Shown: piece by piece, positions 13,510 through 26,800 of the stretch
Position numbering within the stretch: position 1 is the stretch's first letter
How the letters are laid out: every line of letters begins with the position of its first letter
NCBI RefSeq assembly: GCF_000315625.1
Contig: NW_005434666.1
Span: forward strand, 543,877-607,876
Direction: 5' to 3'
DNA length: 64,000 bases
Source: Guillardia theta CCMP2712
Taxonomy: Eukaryota > Protista > Cryptophyta
Made by a program: the position numbers and the translations under genes
The notes under the pieces: model-generated
Seen by the model: the letters and a program-made list of their open reading frames with translations, nothing else
The model's database searches: none
Told to the model about the DNA's origin: nothing

Positions 13510-13760
13510 AATCCCAGTACCGTGCCCTGGGTACCCACCCCTCTAGAGTCTACCCTCTGACCGAAAAGGCGAATCGCAGGGTGACGACCTAGGGGTAGCC
13601 CTTATCTCAGTACCCCCTCTAATACCCTACTAGGCTACAGATGGTACTCTTTACTTGCGGAGGCTTTTCCGCCTCCGAGTACCCTACCCCTTCCTCCTAG
13701 ACTAACCCTACCTCGTTCGTCACTTGGCGAGACTACCGGCGTACGGGTAGGGGTGACTAT
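13510..13760. promoter_or_regulatory. TACCC/GGGTA-rich tract in divergent promoter (PDZ gene / histidine phosphatase)
   Basis: Dense gggtaccc, tacccc, taccctac and ggggta motifs between two head-to-head genes. Confidence 0.5.
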
Positions 13761-13874
13761 CATTTGCCGGGAGTCTCACTGATCAATATGATGTCGCGCG
13801 GACGATTTTTAAATTTACATTTCAGTGTTTTCAAAACGAAAGTGTAGCTCCCCTGTGGGAACAAGCAACGTGCC

Positions 13875-14822
13875 ATGCGTGTGCTTCGCTCCAGTCGCGC
13901 GGAGTTCCATGGCAAACAAGTCTACATCATCCGCCATGCCCAGGGGCAGCACAACGTGTCCTTTCAGTTCGACTTCGATCCTCCTCTCACAAAAGTCGGC
14001 AGACAGCAGGTCAGTCCCGCTGTGGTCGGTGCTCTCTGGTGTGACGCCGGAGACAGGTCAAGCAGCAGCATGAGATCTCAAAGACCCTTGGCGTCGAAGT
14101 TGTGATAGTTTCGCCGCTCAGGAGGACCCTGCAAACGGCTACGGGGCTCTTTCCAGGGCATACGAACATGGTCGCCTTCGAGGATATCAGAGAAACGGTT
14201 GCAAAAAAGTGCTCTTCCCAGCCACTCATATCTGAATTTCTCAGCTCACTGAATCATGCAACCTACGTCAACCCGTTGAAGATGCGATGAAAGAGTTTTC
14301 GCACGTTGATTTCCATCTCATCGAAATTGGTGATGATAAAGCTCTGGCACGGTACCGCTTATCAGAGCATCTGGTACTTTTTCACTTCTTCCAATCAGTT
14401 TTGAGGAACTCTCGGATGCGAAGGCTTTTAATCTCGACGTAGAATGCAAGTATGTAGCTCCTATTCCTCATCATGCTCTCTGTGTCACTCATTAATTGCT
14501 GTGCACATAGCGCACCAGAGACCATACGTGAGATTCACGAGCGATGTGAAAGCACCCTGAGGTTCATCGCAAGCAGGCCCGAGAAGAAGATTGCGATTGT
14601 GAGGGGAAAGCCTGAAGAGGAGTTCAAGAGATTGAACGTCAACTGCAGGTCAGCCATGCCGCTTTCCTAGCTGAGTTCATGGAGGTAAGACCGCTTCAAG
14701 CAGCAAGATTCATGTGTTTGGCCCATTTCGGTTGATTTTGATGCCAGGTCTGTCAAGCCAGGGAGCAAGTCAGCCGATATCTTGATAACTGTGAGATCCG
14801 TATGATCCAGTTTCGGGCATGA
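13875..14822 (+). CDS. Histidine phosphatase (phosphoglycerate mutase-like) family protein
   Basis: VYIIRHAQGQHNV (RHx motif), DPPLTKVGRQQ, IVSPLRRTLQTA, KIAI|VSHAAFL, NCEIR. Confidence 0.9.
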
Positions 14823-15505
14823 ATTTCTCAGCAACTTTGGAATCACGTTCAGCTGGCTGAGAGAAAAACGTTCCACTAGGTGAACTAATGACTCGGCTGG
14901 CATTAAGCCTGGGGGGAATGATTTTGTGCAATACATATATGACTTGTGTCCTGTCCTTTGGAAGCTGTTTGACATGATATTCGGATTCAAATGTCAGACT
15001 CGAACCGACCGGGTCAATGTTAGTTGCCGGATAATGATCATCCGAGTGCCATTCCATGAAACTTCTGCTGTACTTGTTGGCAAGTTGCAGGGTGTGCTAT
15101 ACTCTGCACCAAGGCGAGTAGTTAGTACAGTAAGTGGCTGTACTTGTCCGAACTGCGTCTCAGTCCGAGGCCGGGGCCAGCTCCCGGATCTCAAATGATG
15201 ATCGCCGGGATCAGTCACTACTGTAAGTCAGTGTTCCGGCGATCTCATCGGTCAACCCTTTGATAATATGGTCTACCATATCCGTGGCTACAATGTCGAA
15301 ACGGCTAGTAGCGGAGTAGCCGGAAGGTGTTTCCCGCCATGCGGAAGATGGCCAGACAAGAGCGTGCGGTGCAGGGGGGGGCGATGAAGATGGGACGGGA
15401 GAGTATGGCAGAGTGACGACAAGACTCTCTGCAAGATCCCTTCCTACTGCACGAGTAATTCAACAACGCTCTTTTCGAAATGAGAGAAAGCTGGAGAAGG
15501 TGAAT

Positions 15506-18500
15506 ATGTCGTCTCGCGATAGCTGGATCAAAGGAGGAAGCTGGTGGGATCTGCAGCAGAGGGAGATCAAAGAGGTCTGTTCACTTCTTTGCTCTTGTCT
15601 TGTTGTCCTCTCATGTAAGAGGTTATAGGCGCAGGCCGATAGGCCTCACAATGACGGTGGAGCCGAGATGGAGACCGTGCGGAGATCACTCCCGCCGTCG
15701 CGCGTCAGCAGGAGGAGCCATGCAAGGAAATCTGATTCTCTCGTGTCTATCTCCTCACGAAATCAGACGAACAGTGATATGAGAGATAAGGAAGATGAGG
15801 CCGCAGATCATCTGGCTGAGGACGGGAATCGCAAGCTCAATGTGGGGGAACATCAGCGCAAAACTTTGAACATGCTAAATGCAGCTTGGGTCAAGCTGAG
15901 GAGATACTTTGCTTCTCAAGCGCTTGATGCGGGAGTTTCTCTGGAAGATATGAGGTGAGTAGTGGAGGGAGGGAGGGAGAGAGTGACAAAGAGCTCAAAT
16001 TAAACAACACAGTTTCACGGTAGAGGAATTGATTTTTGCCGTCGATTGCCTGGCATTGTACGCTACACGGCAGCAAATCACAGAGCTCTTCAGAGCCATA
16101 GATGAAGATGAATGTGGTAAGATGGTTCTTGTCTTGAATCCAGCTTTTTGCGCATTCCAACGGGACAAAGCCAGGCTGATGCATCTGTCCAGGTGTGATC
16201 ACAATCGCAGAAGTCGAGACGTATATGCGATCGAAAGGGATGAAGGTTCCCACTGAAAGGTGAGAGTCTAGATGCGATAAGTCCAGAAAGCAGAGGATTC
16301 GTATGACAAGAGTAGAAGGAGAAATTGCAAAGCCTCAGGCTGAAATGTTTAGGATCCGATATTTCGTTGAGACTTCGTGACCATTGGAAGCAGGAACCAA
16401 AAATCATCGCGGCGAGAAACTGACAAGGCAAAGAAACTTTTTGCAGAAATATTCGATCACGTTCTAGAGTTGATGGTATGCTGGGATCTGGATGGCAGTA
16501 ATTCGATTTCCCTGAACGACGTGGGTCGAGGAATCCGATTTTTGAAACTCAAAGGGATTGACGCAGATAAGATAGTCCAGGAGGCTGCGTCGGAGTGCAA
16601 CTTGATTGATTCTGTTCTCTATGTCAAAGATTTTGTACGGCATTTCTCCTGGCATGCCGTAGAACCTCATCCTGTACTTCTCTCCAAGTACGAGAATATC
16701 AAATTGAACCGAGCAGTGGTAATGAGCAAACTTCGCGTCTGGCGTTCCAAGCAGAAGCCTGATACGGTTGATTCTGATCTGAGAACCATTTGTTCCAAGC
16801 TTCGCAGTAGATGGGGTACAATCTCTTCCATTTTTAATGCGATACAAGCGAGTGAGAAGAGAGGAAAACTGTCCATTGACCTTGAAAGAAACATTTCCTC
16901 CAAACATAAGGAACGGGGCAAGAATTCTCGATCGGACCCCAGCACTATGCCATATAACAATACACCTACTACTCGGTTCATCTCATTTGAAGAATGGAAG
17001 TCAGCAATAGAATCTTGCGGATTGCAACTGACTACAGGTCAACTCGAAAAGGCGTTCAACTTGGTTGACAAAAACGCAAATGGGAAAATAACACTTCACG
17101 ACCTTGAACAAGCCATGCGTGCAACTGGATCTTTATCGCAGGCAAGCATCAAGAGTGATCCTGGACTCCTCAAAAAGGGGTCAAAAACTAGAGCAATCTC
17201 CGAATCTGCTAAGCTTCGAAACATTTTCTCACAGATTTGGGACAATCCGGTAGAAGCTTTCTGTTTTTTTGCAATCGGAGGAAACCAGACTGTAACATTG
17301 AACGAAGTGAAACATGGCATTGGAAGGTTGTCTGCTTTTGACATCAATGTACATCAATTACTGCAAGAAATTGACCATGTTTGCATACATGGACAGATAG
17401 ATTTGAAATCGTTTGTCCGATATTTCGCATTCAAAGAACGAAGCACGACGTCTGCAAAAGAGGAAATGATTCTATATGAAAAAATTAAGATGCAGCATAT
17501 GCAAGAAATCTTGGAGAAAGTAGAACGCTGGAAGCGACTCCGGCGACTTCCATCAATCACGTTCGAATCCTTTCGAATGATGACTTCATCTTTGACGAAG
17601 AATTGGGATGCACTCAAAGAAAAGCTTCTTGAAGAGTCAGGTTTGTCTGAATTTGAAAAATTTGAAGAGACATCGTTTGACAAGGAAATATTGTTGAAGT
17701 GTGTCACTCAACTGTTGCCGTTGTATCTTAATGACTCTGTGGAAGAGATGCAAGTGCGAGATTTTTTAGACTTGATCGACAGCAAAAAGTCACAAAAGCT
17801 GAGTGGGGAAGAGTTGAGAAAATTGATTTTTCATCCCCTGTTTGTGGCTCCTTACAGTGCTTTGCATGACAAATCGAGACGATGGTCCGCTCACGATGAA
17901 TCTCCCAAATTTGCTTCAGAGAAACAACCCCACGAAGATGAAGCAGGGATTGAGGTCCAAGAAGCAGATCCTTCACTTGACGCTCTTTTTGCTAGGGCAG
18001 AGAAGCTTGTAAGAGGCTTTGATGATTGGGACCATATGGCAACTCCTGGAATTCCCGATGACGAGGCAAACGTTGGCCACAATACGGTAGAGGACGATCC
18101 TGTGTTTGAGAAACAACTTTGGCCGACTGGTCAAAAAGGGAAGAAGGCCCTCGATGCTGCTGTTGGACATACAGAAATGGACGCATCTTCTTTTGCCAAG
18201 GAATCATTTGTACGACAATATGCCTCAAAGGAGATGTTTGAGATGTACTGTGGAATATCCGAATCAGGTATATCTGCGACTTTGAACGGTCTTCAAAGAA
18301 ATACGATGTCTATGAAAGAATTTTTGCTTTTGTTGAAATCACAGGCATTGATGCCGAAAATTTTCTCAAAAGACGATGCTGTTTCTGTTTTTAGACTTGT
18401 GAAAGATCGAGACGTGGCAAGAGGTTCAACGAAGTCCAATGATTTGACGTTTGAGAAGTTCAAATTGTGCATGGAGGAGCTGGCAAAACTTAGAAGTTAT

Positions 18501-20571
18501 AAGCTTCAATCTTTCGAAGTGAGAGAAAAGCCAGAAATCGTTTCTAGCAAGGCTCACTTGGCTTTGCCCGATGCCGATGTGCTGGAGAAATTGTGCAATG
18601 ACGATGAAAAACAAACTGTACCTCCTGAAACTTCTCCTGGGATCAAATCTCAAAGATCGACCAAGTCAATTGTTGAGCCGGGAATGTATTCTCCAATCTC
18701 TCCCTCCGAAAAGAAGATCATGACGACCTTTGAGGAGAAGTTTTGCAAGCGGAAGATGTTCGAAGATGCCTGCCAGTCAGAGATGGCGGCTTCGAGGAGG
18801 AAGTCAGGAGATCCAGTCATGGATCACGGAGCCTTCATGGCCTTCATGGAACAGCAGGAGATCGTACCGAAGGTTGTATCAAGGTCTGAGGCCAACACTA
18901 TCTTCCGTGCTGTCATGCGCGGGAAGGCTGTGCATGAAGCTCACGAGATGAATTTTGAGGATTTCCGGGAGAGCATCCGGAGGATCGGAGCATGGCGAGG
19001 CTACAGGATGGAAGAGTTTGGAATCCATCTAGAGCATATGGAGAGGAGCAACAGAAATTCAGGGAGCGGCAAGAAAGATGACGTGGCAGCCCACACTGCG
19101 TCCTCTCTTTGTAAGGTTCAGCTCTTCGGCTCTCCGTCCTCGCAGCGAGATCGGAACCTGAAAGGAGTCGCGCAGAATGAGGTGGCTGGAAGGGCCTCGA
19201 GACAATCAGAGATGGGCAGCATATCGGAAGGAGGAGAGGTCGTTGAGGACCTGAGGGAGGAGCTGCTGATTGCGAGAGAAGCCGCAGCTCGTCTAGGCAG
19301 TCAGAACGAAGCTTTGATCAAGTTTTCAGATGATCGCGAGCAAGTCATCGCAAACCAGAGCCAGGTGAGGCGGGAGGAAGCAGGTGAACGATACCATGAC
19401 AGGTTGATGACGCGACGATTGGCAGGAAATCTTGTGGCTGAAGAACCGGTGCGGGGAGCTTGAGGAAGCTCTGAGAAGGGGAGGAGGCACGGTTGCTGCA
19501 GTGGAATCAAGCAGCTTGGCAGAAGCGCTGAGGATGAAGAATCGAGAAGTTGAGAACATTCGCGAGGAGATCTCGTCACTTCAGGAGGAGCTCGAGGCTC
19601 TGCGTGAACGCAGGGCAGGTGACGTGCTGGAGATCATGCAGGAGCGAGACGAAGCGATTGAGGAAGCTGCAGCATTACGGAAGATCAATCAGGTGCTGCT
19701 CTCGTTGTCACTCCTTTCACACGCTCACTCGACGCAGGAGCTGAGGAGGCAGCTCTCCGACCTCCACAACTCCCTGCACAGACAAAGGACGCCCACCGAA
19801 GGAGGGGAGAAGCTTCTGCTGCCAGAGGTTCTGTCTCCTGATGACTTGGTTCGTTGCGTCTCCCTTGCTTCCCTTGCTTCTTCCTGCTTCTACGATCGGA
19901 GGATACCTGCTGGCTCTTACTCGTTTTTCTCCCAGGATCTTGAAAGCATTCACACGCAGCTCTTCGATCGTCCGCCTCCAGACGCTGCGAGCAGCATGCT
20001 GCTCGTTGGCCTTGACGTTGAAGCTGCTGTAGGGCAAGTTGTGCAGGTCTCCTCCGACGCCTCCCTCGTCCTCCTCTACCTCCTTCACTCTTCCCTCGTC
20101 ACCCCTCCCACGGCCTCCTCTTGCTCCCTGTCTTTCTCGCTCCCTCCCTGCTCCCTCCGTCGCCTCTCGTCTCAGCCTCCACCCTTGACGTGGCATCAGA
20201 TGGTTCCTGGTTTCCAATCGCGAGGTATCGGAGTCATCAGTCGCATTTTCACGGATGACTGCGGCGTGCAAGTCCACTGGCAGAGGTAAAAGTTTCTTCC
20301 AGTTCACCACGGTTCACACTCCCTCCCCCGTTCCCTCCCTCCCCCTCCCCTCGTTCCTTCGCTTCACCCTTCTCCTCGATCCCTCCCTCTCCCTCCCCTC
20401 ATTCCCTCCCTCCCTTTCAGTCGACCTTGCACTTGTTCCTACCTTTTGCAGTTGTTTCTACCTCCAACATTCTACGACATTGCAACCCAATGTTGACCCG
20501 ATGGCAGCGGGGAAATCAGCGAGGAAAGCACGGGAAGGGACGACATTTTCTCTTTGTGCCTGTGGAATTGA
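15506..20571 (+). CDS. Large EF-hand protein with two p25-alpha/TPPP-like repeats, coiled coil and C-terminal MIB/HERC2-like module
   Basis: EF loops DEDECG, DLDGSNSISLND, DKNANGKITLHDLE; repeats MSMKEF...FSKDDAVSVF...LTFEKF and MDHGAF...SRSEANTIF...MNFEDF; last exons RGIGVISRIFTDDCGVQVHWQ|SGEISEESTGRDDIFSLCLWN*. ORF 16377..19463 is mostly one large internal exon. Confidence 0.7.
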
Positions 20572-20644
20572 AGGGATGTATTCATGTCACGTACTCGAGG
20601 GATTTCTCCTCCTCTCTCCTCCTCTCCTGTCCTTGTGTCCTCAA

Positions 20645-23600
20645 TCAATCGGAGAATTCGGTTCCGGTGATGCTTCCGATGAAGGCGTAAATGTCCGCAA
20701 CTTCCTCGATGACCTTGGCTGTCGGCTTGCCGGCGCCATGACTGAAAGAGGAGAGGGGGAGAGGGACGGAGAAAGCGCGGGGGAGAGGGGGACGAGAGAG
20801 GGAGGGAGAGTAGATGTCAGGCAGGCAATCCAAACAAGTCAGCAAGTGAATCTCAGTCAGCAGTGACATCTTGTCAGGGATCTTATCGGAAGCACCACCA
20901 GACAACACAGCTTGTCTGTCACATATTCGTCTTACCCTGATTTGGTCTCAATGCGGATGAGGAGAGGACGGGTCTGTTTGCTGTTCCCTTCGAAGGCGTA
21001 CTGTAGCTGTAGGGAGGAGACGAGGTGGAGGAGCAAGAGAAGCGAAGGGAAAGGAGAGGAGGAGACAGAGATGGGGAGGAGATGAGAGGGGAGGGGGAAA
21101 CAAGAGGAGAGCAGAGAGTAAGAGAAGCGGTGAGGCGAGAGAAAGAGAGAATGCAGCGCCACCTGAGCTGCGTACTTGAAGGAGTGAAGTGGGACCACTC
21201 GATCATCATGGTCGGCAGTTGTCACGAGAACGGCAGGGTACTGGACGTCTGCGAGAAGAAGGAAGCGAAATGAGGACAGGAGATATATGGCTCCACGAGG
21301 AGGAAAGGAGGGAGGAGGAGGAGGGAGGAGGAGGAGGGAGGAGGAGGGAGGAGGAGGAATTCCAATAGAGGAGATAGAAGCTCGTCACCGTCTCGTGGTT
21401 TGATGTTATGAAGCGGAGATATGGCGTACAAGGCCTGCACAGGATGAGAACGTAAGAGCGCAAGGAGGTGATAAGGAGGAAGAACAAGAGGAGGTAGGGA
21501 GGAAGAACAAGAGGAGGTAGGGAGGGAGAACAAGGGGAGGTAGGGAGGAAGAACAAGAGGAGGTAGGGAGGAAGAACAAGAGGAGAGGGACAGGAAGGGG
21601 GAAGAGGAGAGAAAGGAATGCGGGGGGTAAACGCGTGGGAAGCAAGGAACCTTGAATTCCTCTTCGCTGTTTTCGGAGCATCCGTAGTCAGAGCACCAGG
21701 CGTACCTTCATCCTTGACATTACGAAAAGAGAAGGAAGAGGAGAGGACAAGAGCAGGAGGAAGAGGAGAGGACAAGATCGCCAGGGGAGGAGGAGAGGAG
21801 AAGATCGGCAGGGGAGGAGGAGAACAGGGGAAAGAACAATCACCCAATGGTGAACTTGTGAAAGCGAAGCATGTCCATCACTCCAACCTGCAAGAGGCTT
21901 TTAGGTTGTTGTTGATGATGTTGATGTTGATGTCAGTGTCGTTTTGTTGTCGATGATGATGATGACGACGATGATGATGACGACGATGATAGAGGAGAAG
22001 GAAGTGGATGATGGGCTGAGGAGAAAGGAGCAAGTAACGTGGAGGTTGGGATGAGATGGGCGAGAAGGACCTGGGGGATGGCAGCAGCGAACAGATCTGG
22101 ACGCTGGTTGACGCAGGCGCCGACGAGGAGACCGCCGTTGCTTCCTCCATTGATGGCAATCTTGGCAGGGCAGGTGTACCCCTGCTGGATGAGGTACTCG
22201 GCTGCCGCCTGGTCCGAGCGAGTGGGGAGTGATTAGAAGAGAGGAGGGAGAGAAGGGAAGTGAGGGGAAGGAGATGGGGGGTGATGACGGATAAGAGAGG
22301 AAGGGAGAGGAAGGGAGAGGAAGGGAGAGGAGGGAGGGAGAGGGAGGAAGGGGGAAAGAGCAAGTTAGAGAAAGGGAGGGAGAGAGGGGGAGGAGACACG
22401 ATTGAAGAGGAGGAACAAGTGTGAAAGAAATCATCTCCATGCACCTGGAAGTCGTCGAAGCCTCGCTGCTTGTTCAGTTTTCCTGGTTTCCCGTTGTTGT
22501 TGCATCCTGCCTCATGCCAGTCCTCCCCGTACTCTCCGCTGCTCCCAGGTCAATGACAGGAGGCAGGAGAAGGATGAAAAGAGAGGGAAGGGGAGAAGGT
22601 TGGAAGGAGAAGGAGGGAAAGGAGGGAGGAGGGAGGAGGGAGGAGGGGAAATTCTCACCCTCCTCGAATGTTTGCAACGCAAAGAAGGGCGTTGAAATGA
22701 TTGATGAAGACGGTGCGGAAGGGGTTGAAGGAAGGAGTGATGCTGATGCTGAACCTACGATGCCATTTCCCATCAGTGCCAATGACCTTGAAACCCTCAC
22801 TTCTCCTCCCCTTCAACATCCCCCTCCTCTCCCTTCTCTTTCCTGCCCTCATCGTCCTCTCCATCTCTTACTCCCCTTTCCTCTCCTTCAATCTTGTCCT
22901 GCTCTTTCTCACCCTCCCCTCCGCTCACCCTCCGTAGCCATAAAGGAGCGTGCAGGTGTTCCCAGAATGCTCTTGGCCCTTCTTCCCGACTATGAACATG
23001 GGGATCTTGGTTCCATCCTTGCTTTCATAGAAGACCTGGGGAGGAAGAGACTGAGAAAGAAGACGAGGAGAAAGACGAGGAGAAAGAGGATGAGGAAGAA
23101 GAGGATAAAGTATCGGTGATGGTGGTGGTTGAGGCAGACGATGGAGGGACGGAAGGACACTGACTTGTTTGGTCTCAAAATCTTCAGGACGATGATTGGA
23201 AACGATGTCCTGCAAATGGCTGGTAAACATCGGAACAGGTGAAGGAAGAGGGGCTGACGAGTTCGATGTACCATTGAAGGAGGAAAGGGAAGGAGGGACA
23301 GAGAGCTGGGCCGGAGGCCTGAAGGGAGGGAGGTGGCGGAACGATGTTGGAAGCACAGAAGCGGTGGAGGAGGGAAGGAGTGGGAGGAGGGAGGGGGGGG
23401 ACAGGCACCTCGCGCAGCTTGTGAGATTGCATCGTCTCCAAGTCAAACCTACAAGGTGAAGAAGGCGGGATGAGAAGGATGACATGAGAAGTGAAGCTCG
23501 AGAACCATCCTCTCATCGACATTGTAATTGTCATCTCCACTCCACACATCACAGGATGATATTCAACATCGGGCGAGGCCGCTCTCTTCTCTCCCTCACC

Positions 23601-26518
23601 TGAATTTCACTCCAGGGTGCACAAACCCGACGAAACTGCCGTAGAGTGAGGATGATGAAGACGAAAGATGAAAACGAAGAAGAAGATGAAGAAGAAGATG
23701 ATGATGATGATGAGAAACGCAAGGGAGAAATGCAGTCAACAGGGCGGTGAAGCGGGAGCAAAGGGGGGGAGGAGATTGGCAAGATTGAGGAAGAGGAGGA
23801 GGAAGAAGACGATAACGAGGAGGAGTGCTGAGAGGGATTGCAAAGACGAACGGAAATACAAGAGAGGATTGGAAAGGTTCTACGCTCACCTGTAGAAGAA
23901 CTCCATGTGCTCTCTCTTTCCACTCAACGAGCCGACGGAACCGACGTCAGGAAGTTGAATCTGAGAAGAATCACAAGACAAGTCAGGGCGCCGGAGACGG
24001 AAGGCGAAGGAGAGAAGAAGGCCAGGACGGAGCAGGAGGGTGAGGAAAACATACGGAGAGATGAAGGAAGAGGAGGAGGAAGAGAAGCTACCTGCTGAAC
24101 AAGAGAGCCATCTGCAAGCTTGAAGAGACTGAGGGTCTCCTGGGCGTGATTCATGTAGCAAACCACGAGATACTTCTCTCCAACGCACTGCCAGCAGAAA
24201 GCACGTGAGTGAAGCGGGGAAAGGACAGGGAAGGGAGGAGATACAGACGAAGACGAAAAGGAGGAGGAGGAGGAGGAGGAGGAGGAGGAGGAGGAGGAGG
24301 AGGAGGAGGACGACGACGACGACGACGACGAAGAGGAGGACGAGGAGGAGCGACGTGACACACCAGCACGTCGTTGAGCACTTCCTCCTTGTGTTCAAGG
24401 ATGTCTGCCCACTTCTCCTCCTTTGCATCCTGGATGTCGATGCAGATGACTTTGTAGCGAGGCTGCAGATCCTGTTAGGCCGTCGAATCCCTCCTCCTCT
24501 CCTCCTCCTCTCCATCTCACCGCATCCTTGTTTGTTCTGAAGTAGAATTTGCTTTCTGTGTTCCAGTCAAGCTTCAGAGGAGACAACGAGGAAACAAGTT
24601 GAGGAAAATCGGAACAAGATACAAGGAGGGAATAGGAGGGAGGAAGGGATTGACAACCAGTGTTGGTGACATAGTCGTATCCAGCATCAAAGTTGTCAAT
24701 CAGCCTCATGAACTTGGAGTCGTCCCAAGTTCCCGACAAGATCTGATCCACCTGCGATTCCAAGTTCATCACTTTCAATTTTACGTCTGCAAGCAGGCAG
24801 AGGAGGTGAGCTGACCTGGCCGATGTACACTCGGTTCACCGGCGCAGTGCTTTCAGAGATGGAGATGATGAGGTATTTGCCTTGTGGAGGCAACAGGGAG
24901 TCAGACGCCAAAACAAACGGACCCTGCGCACACAGGCATGCTGGCAGTACCATCATCCGACATGGACGCTCTGACCCATCAACTCAGCCAAGACAAAGGA
25001 GTGTGTCTCGCACATACCTTGGGAGCCACTTGGGATTCTCCGAGGGCTTGAAGATCAGAACGTCTTCGGATTGTTTGGTCCCGAGCTAAGAGGGAAACGT
25101 TCACAGGTGGCAAGAGAGGAAGAAAGGGTTGGCCCGGCACCTTGTGGAAGTAGACGGACATCTCAACGTTGCTGTCTGTCTCGCTCCCTCGCTTCAGGTC
25201 GTTGCCTACCATCACCGAGGATTCAGATCCTCCAAGGCGCCTCCTTGCAGCCCGAGTATGGCAGGAGAAAGGAGAGGAGGGCAGGAGAGCAGGAGAGGAG
25301 GGCAGGAGAGCAGGAGAGCAACCTTCGACGTTGTCCTCGACAGATTGCAAGCTCTTTGGCTCAGGGTATCTATCGCAAGCATCTCCCTTACTCGATTGGC
25401 AGGAACTTGCCAACAGACCTCGAATAGAAGAAGCCGGAGTCATCCTTGACCCACGAGATTCCTTCCCCTCCGTCAGTGCCTGGCAACCCCTTGCAGCTTC
25501 CTCCTCACCAGAGAACTTCACCCATTCGATCTTGTCCTCAGTGTTTTGCTGCGCAACTGCTGTCAAGTCTCCCGATCGAGGCCTCGCGGAGCACCTTAGA
25601 GGTGATCTCCCGCACGAAGATCGTCTGCGGCAGCTCCCGTCATTCGGAGCAAACGGAAATCTGGTGCGATCAGCAACCTGCCAGTCGGAGCCACTGGCGG
25701 AAATTCCATGCGCCCAGTACCTTCCGGAGCTGCCAAGGACGAGGCGTGAGATCTCACGTACGCACATTCAGCACTTGCCAGCCACACTCACTCAGAGAAT
25801 GCATTGGCGCCGATGCTCTTGGTGCCGTCCGAGGAGAGCAGGTTGGGATCGAAGAACTCCTCAGCAGGCGAGTCGAGACCCGCCTGCATCATCAGCACGT
25901 ACTGGTTCTGCAGCCTAGATTGCCGTCAGAGCGCATTGCAGCGGAGCTCAGGGGCTCACCCATCATTCTTGTAGTAGTAGTAGCGGAGGTATTCCCCCTT
26001 GCCTCTCTTGAAGGTACTTCCTGTCTTTGCATAGTTGTACCTGAAAGCTGGTGAATGGTTGGTGTAGATGCGGGAGGGCTCGTGATTCTACTTCTCGGTT
26101 AGCTTCTTCTTCAAAACTTCTCTGTTGGGCAACGTGTTGAGGAACGCGTTCGTGCGCTGGGGGAGGAGCATCAAACCCTGCTGCGAACAGGGCAAGGCAG
26201 GAAAGCACGCACCTCGTTTTGAGCCTCGACCCACTTCACAGTTTCCTCACTGTCAGGATCTTCCAGCCACCTGTATGGATCCAGCACCTGCCACGATGTA
26301 AGAAGTTCGAGCCAAGGCTTCCTCCGTTCTTAAGCTATGTTCCTCCCCTCCCTTCTCTGTTCAACCCTCGTTCCCACCCTCATCTCTCCTCTCCCTCCTC
26401 TCCTCTCCCTCCTCTCCCTCCCGACCCTTCCACATTCTTCTCTCCCCCCCTCCCCCTCCTCTCTCCTCACCTCATGTCCTCCGGGGTAAACATCCTTCAC
26501 TTCCTCGCGTCGTGCCAT
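20645..26518 (-). CDS. PREP: Prolyl oligopeptidase (S9A), many introns
   Basis: [34 protein letters not shown], catalytic Ser in [11 protein letters not shown], Asp in [15 protein letters not shown], His in [10 protein letters not shown]. Confidence 0.95.
24260..24350 (+). repeat. (GAG)n/(GAC)n intronic microsatellite
   Basis: Visible trinucleotide arrays inside a PREP intron. Confidence 0.9.
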
Positions 26519-26639
26519 GACGCGTACGCTCTACTGGATCCCCACGAACTCCCCGCTCATGCCCGTCGTTACTATTCCGTTGCAAGACGTTTATTCTGTA
26601 ACGAACTCATTCTCACTAGTCCTTGACTCATCTGGAAAG

Positions 26640-26760
26640 TTGTAGTAGGGTGGGGTACAACGTCAAAGGGTAGAGACGCGGGGTACAATGGGGGTGTTCT
26701 GAGGGTTCACTTGATTCCTCACGTGGGGGTGGGGTCCCTCGAACGTAGGGTAGTCATATG
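26640..26760. promoter_or_regulatory. G-tract/GGGGTA-rich divergent promoter (PREP / collagen-like gene)
   Basis: gggtggggtacaa, gcggggtacaatgggggtg and gtgggggtgggg within a gap of about 280 bp between two ATGs. Confidence 0.5.
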
Positions 26761-26800
26761 GCACAGGAGGTGGGTTGTACGGAGACGCGGCTCTTCGTCA

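Noticed and set aside
16377-19463. Standalone intronless 1028-aa gene or viral insert
   Set aside because: It has a non-ATG start and splices to EF-hand exons upstream and coiled-coil exons downstream; no viral hallmark motifs.
20900-26500. Many Ser/Pro/Leu- or Arg/Glu/Gly-rich ORFs
   Set aside because: Artefacts of microsatellite-rich PREP introns read in stop-poor frames.
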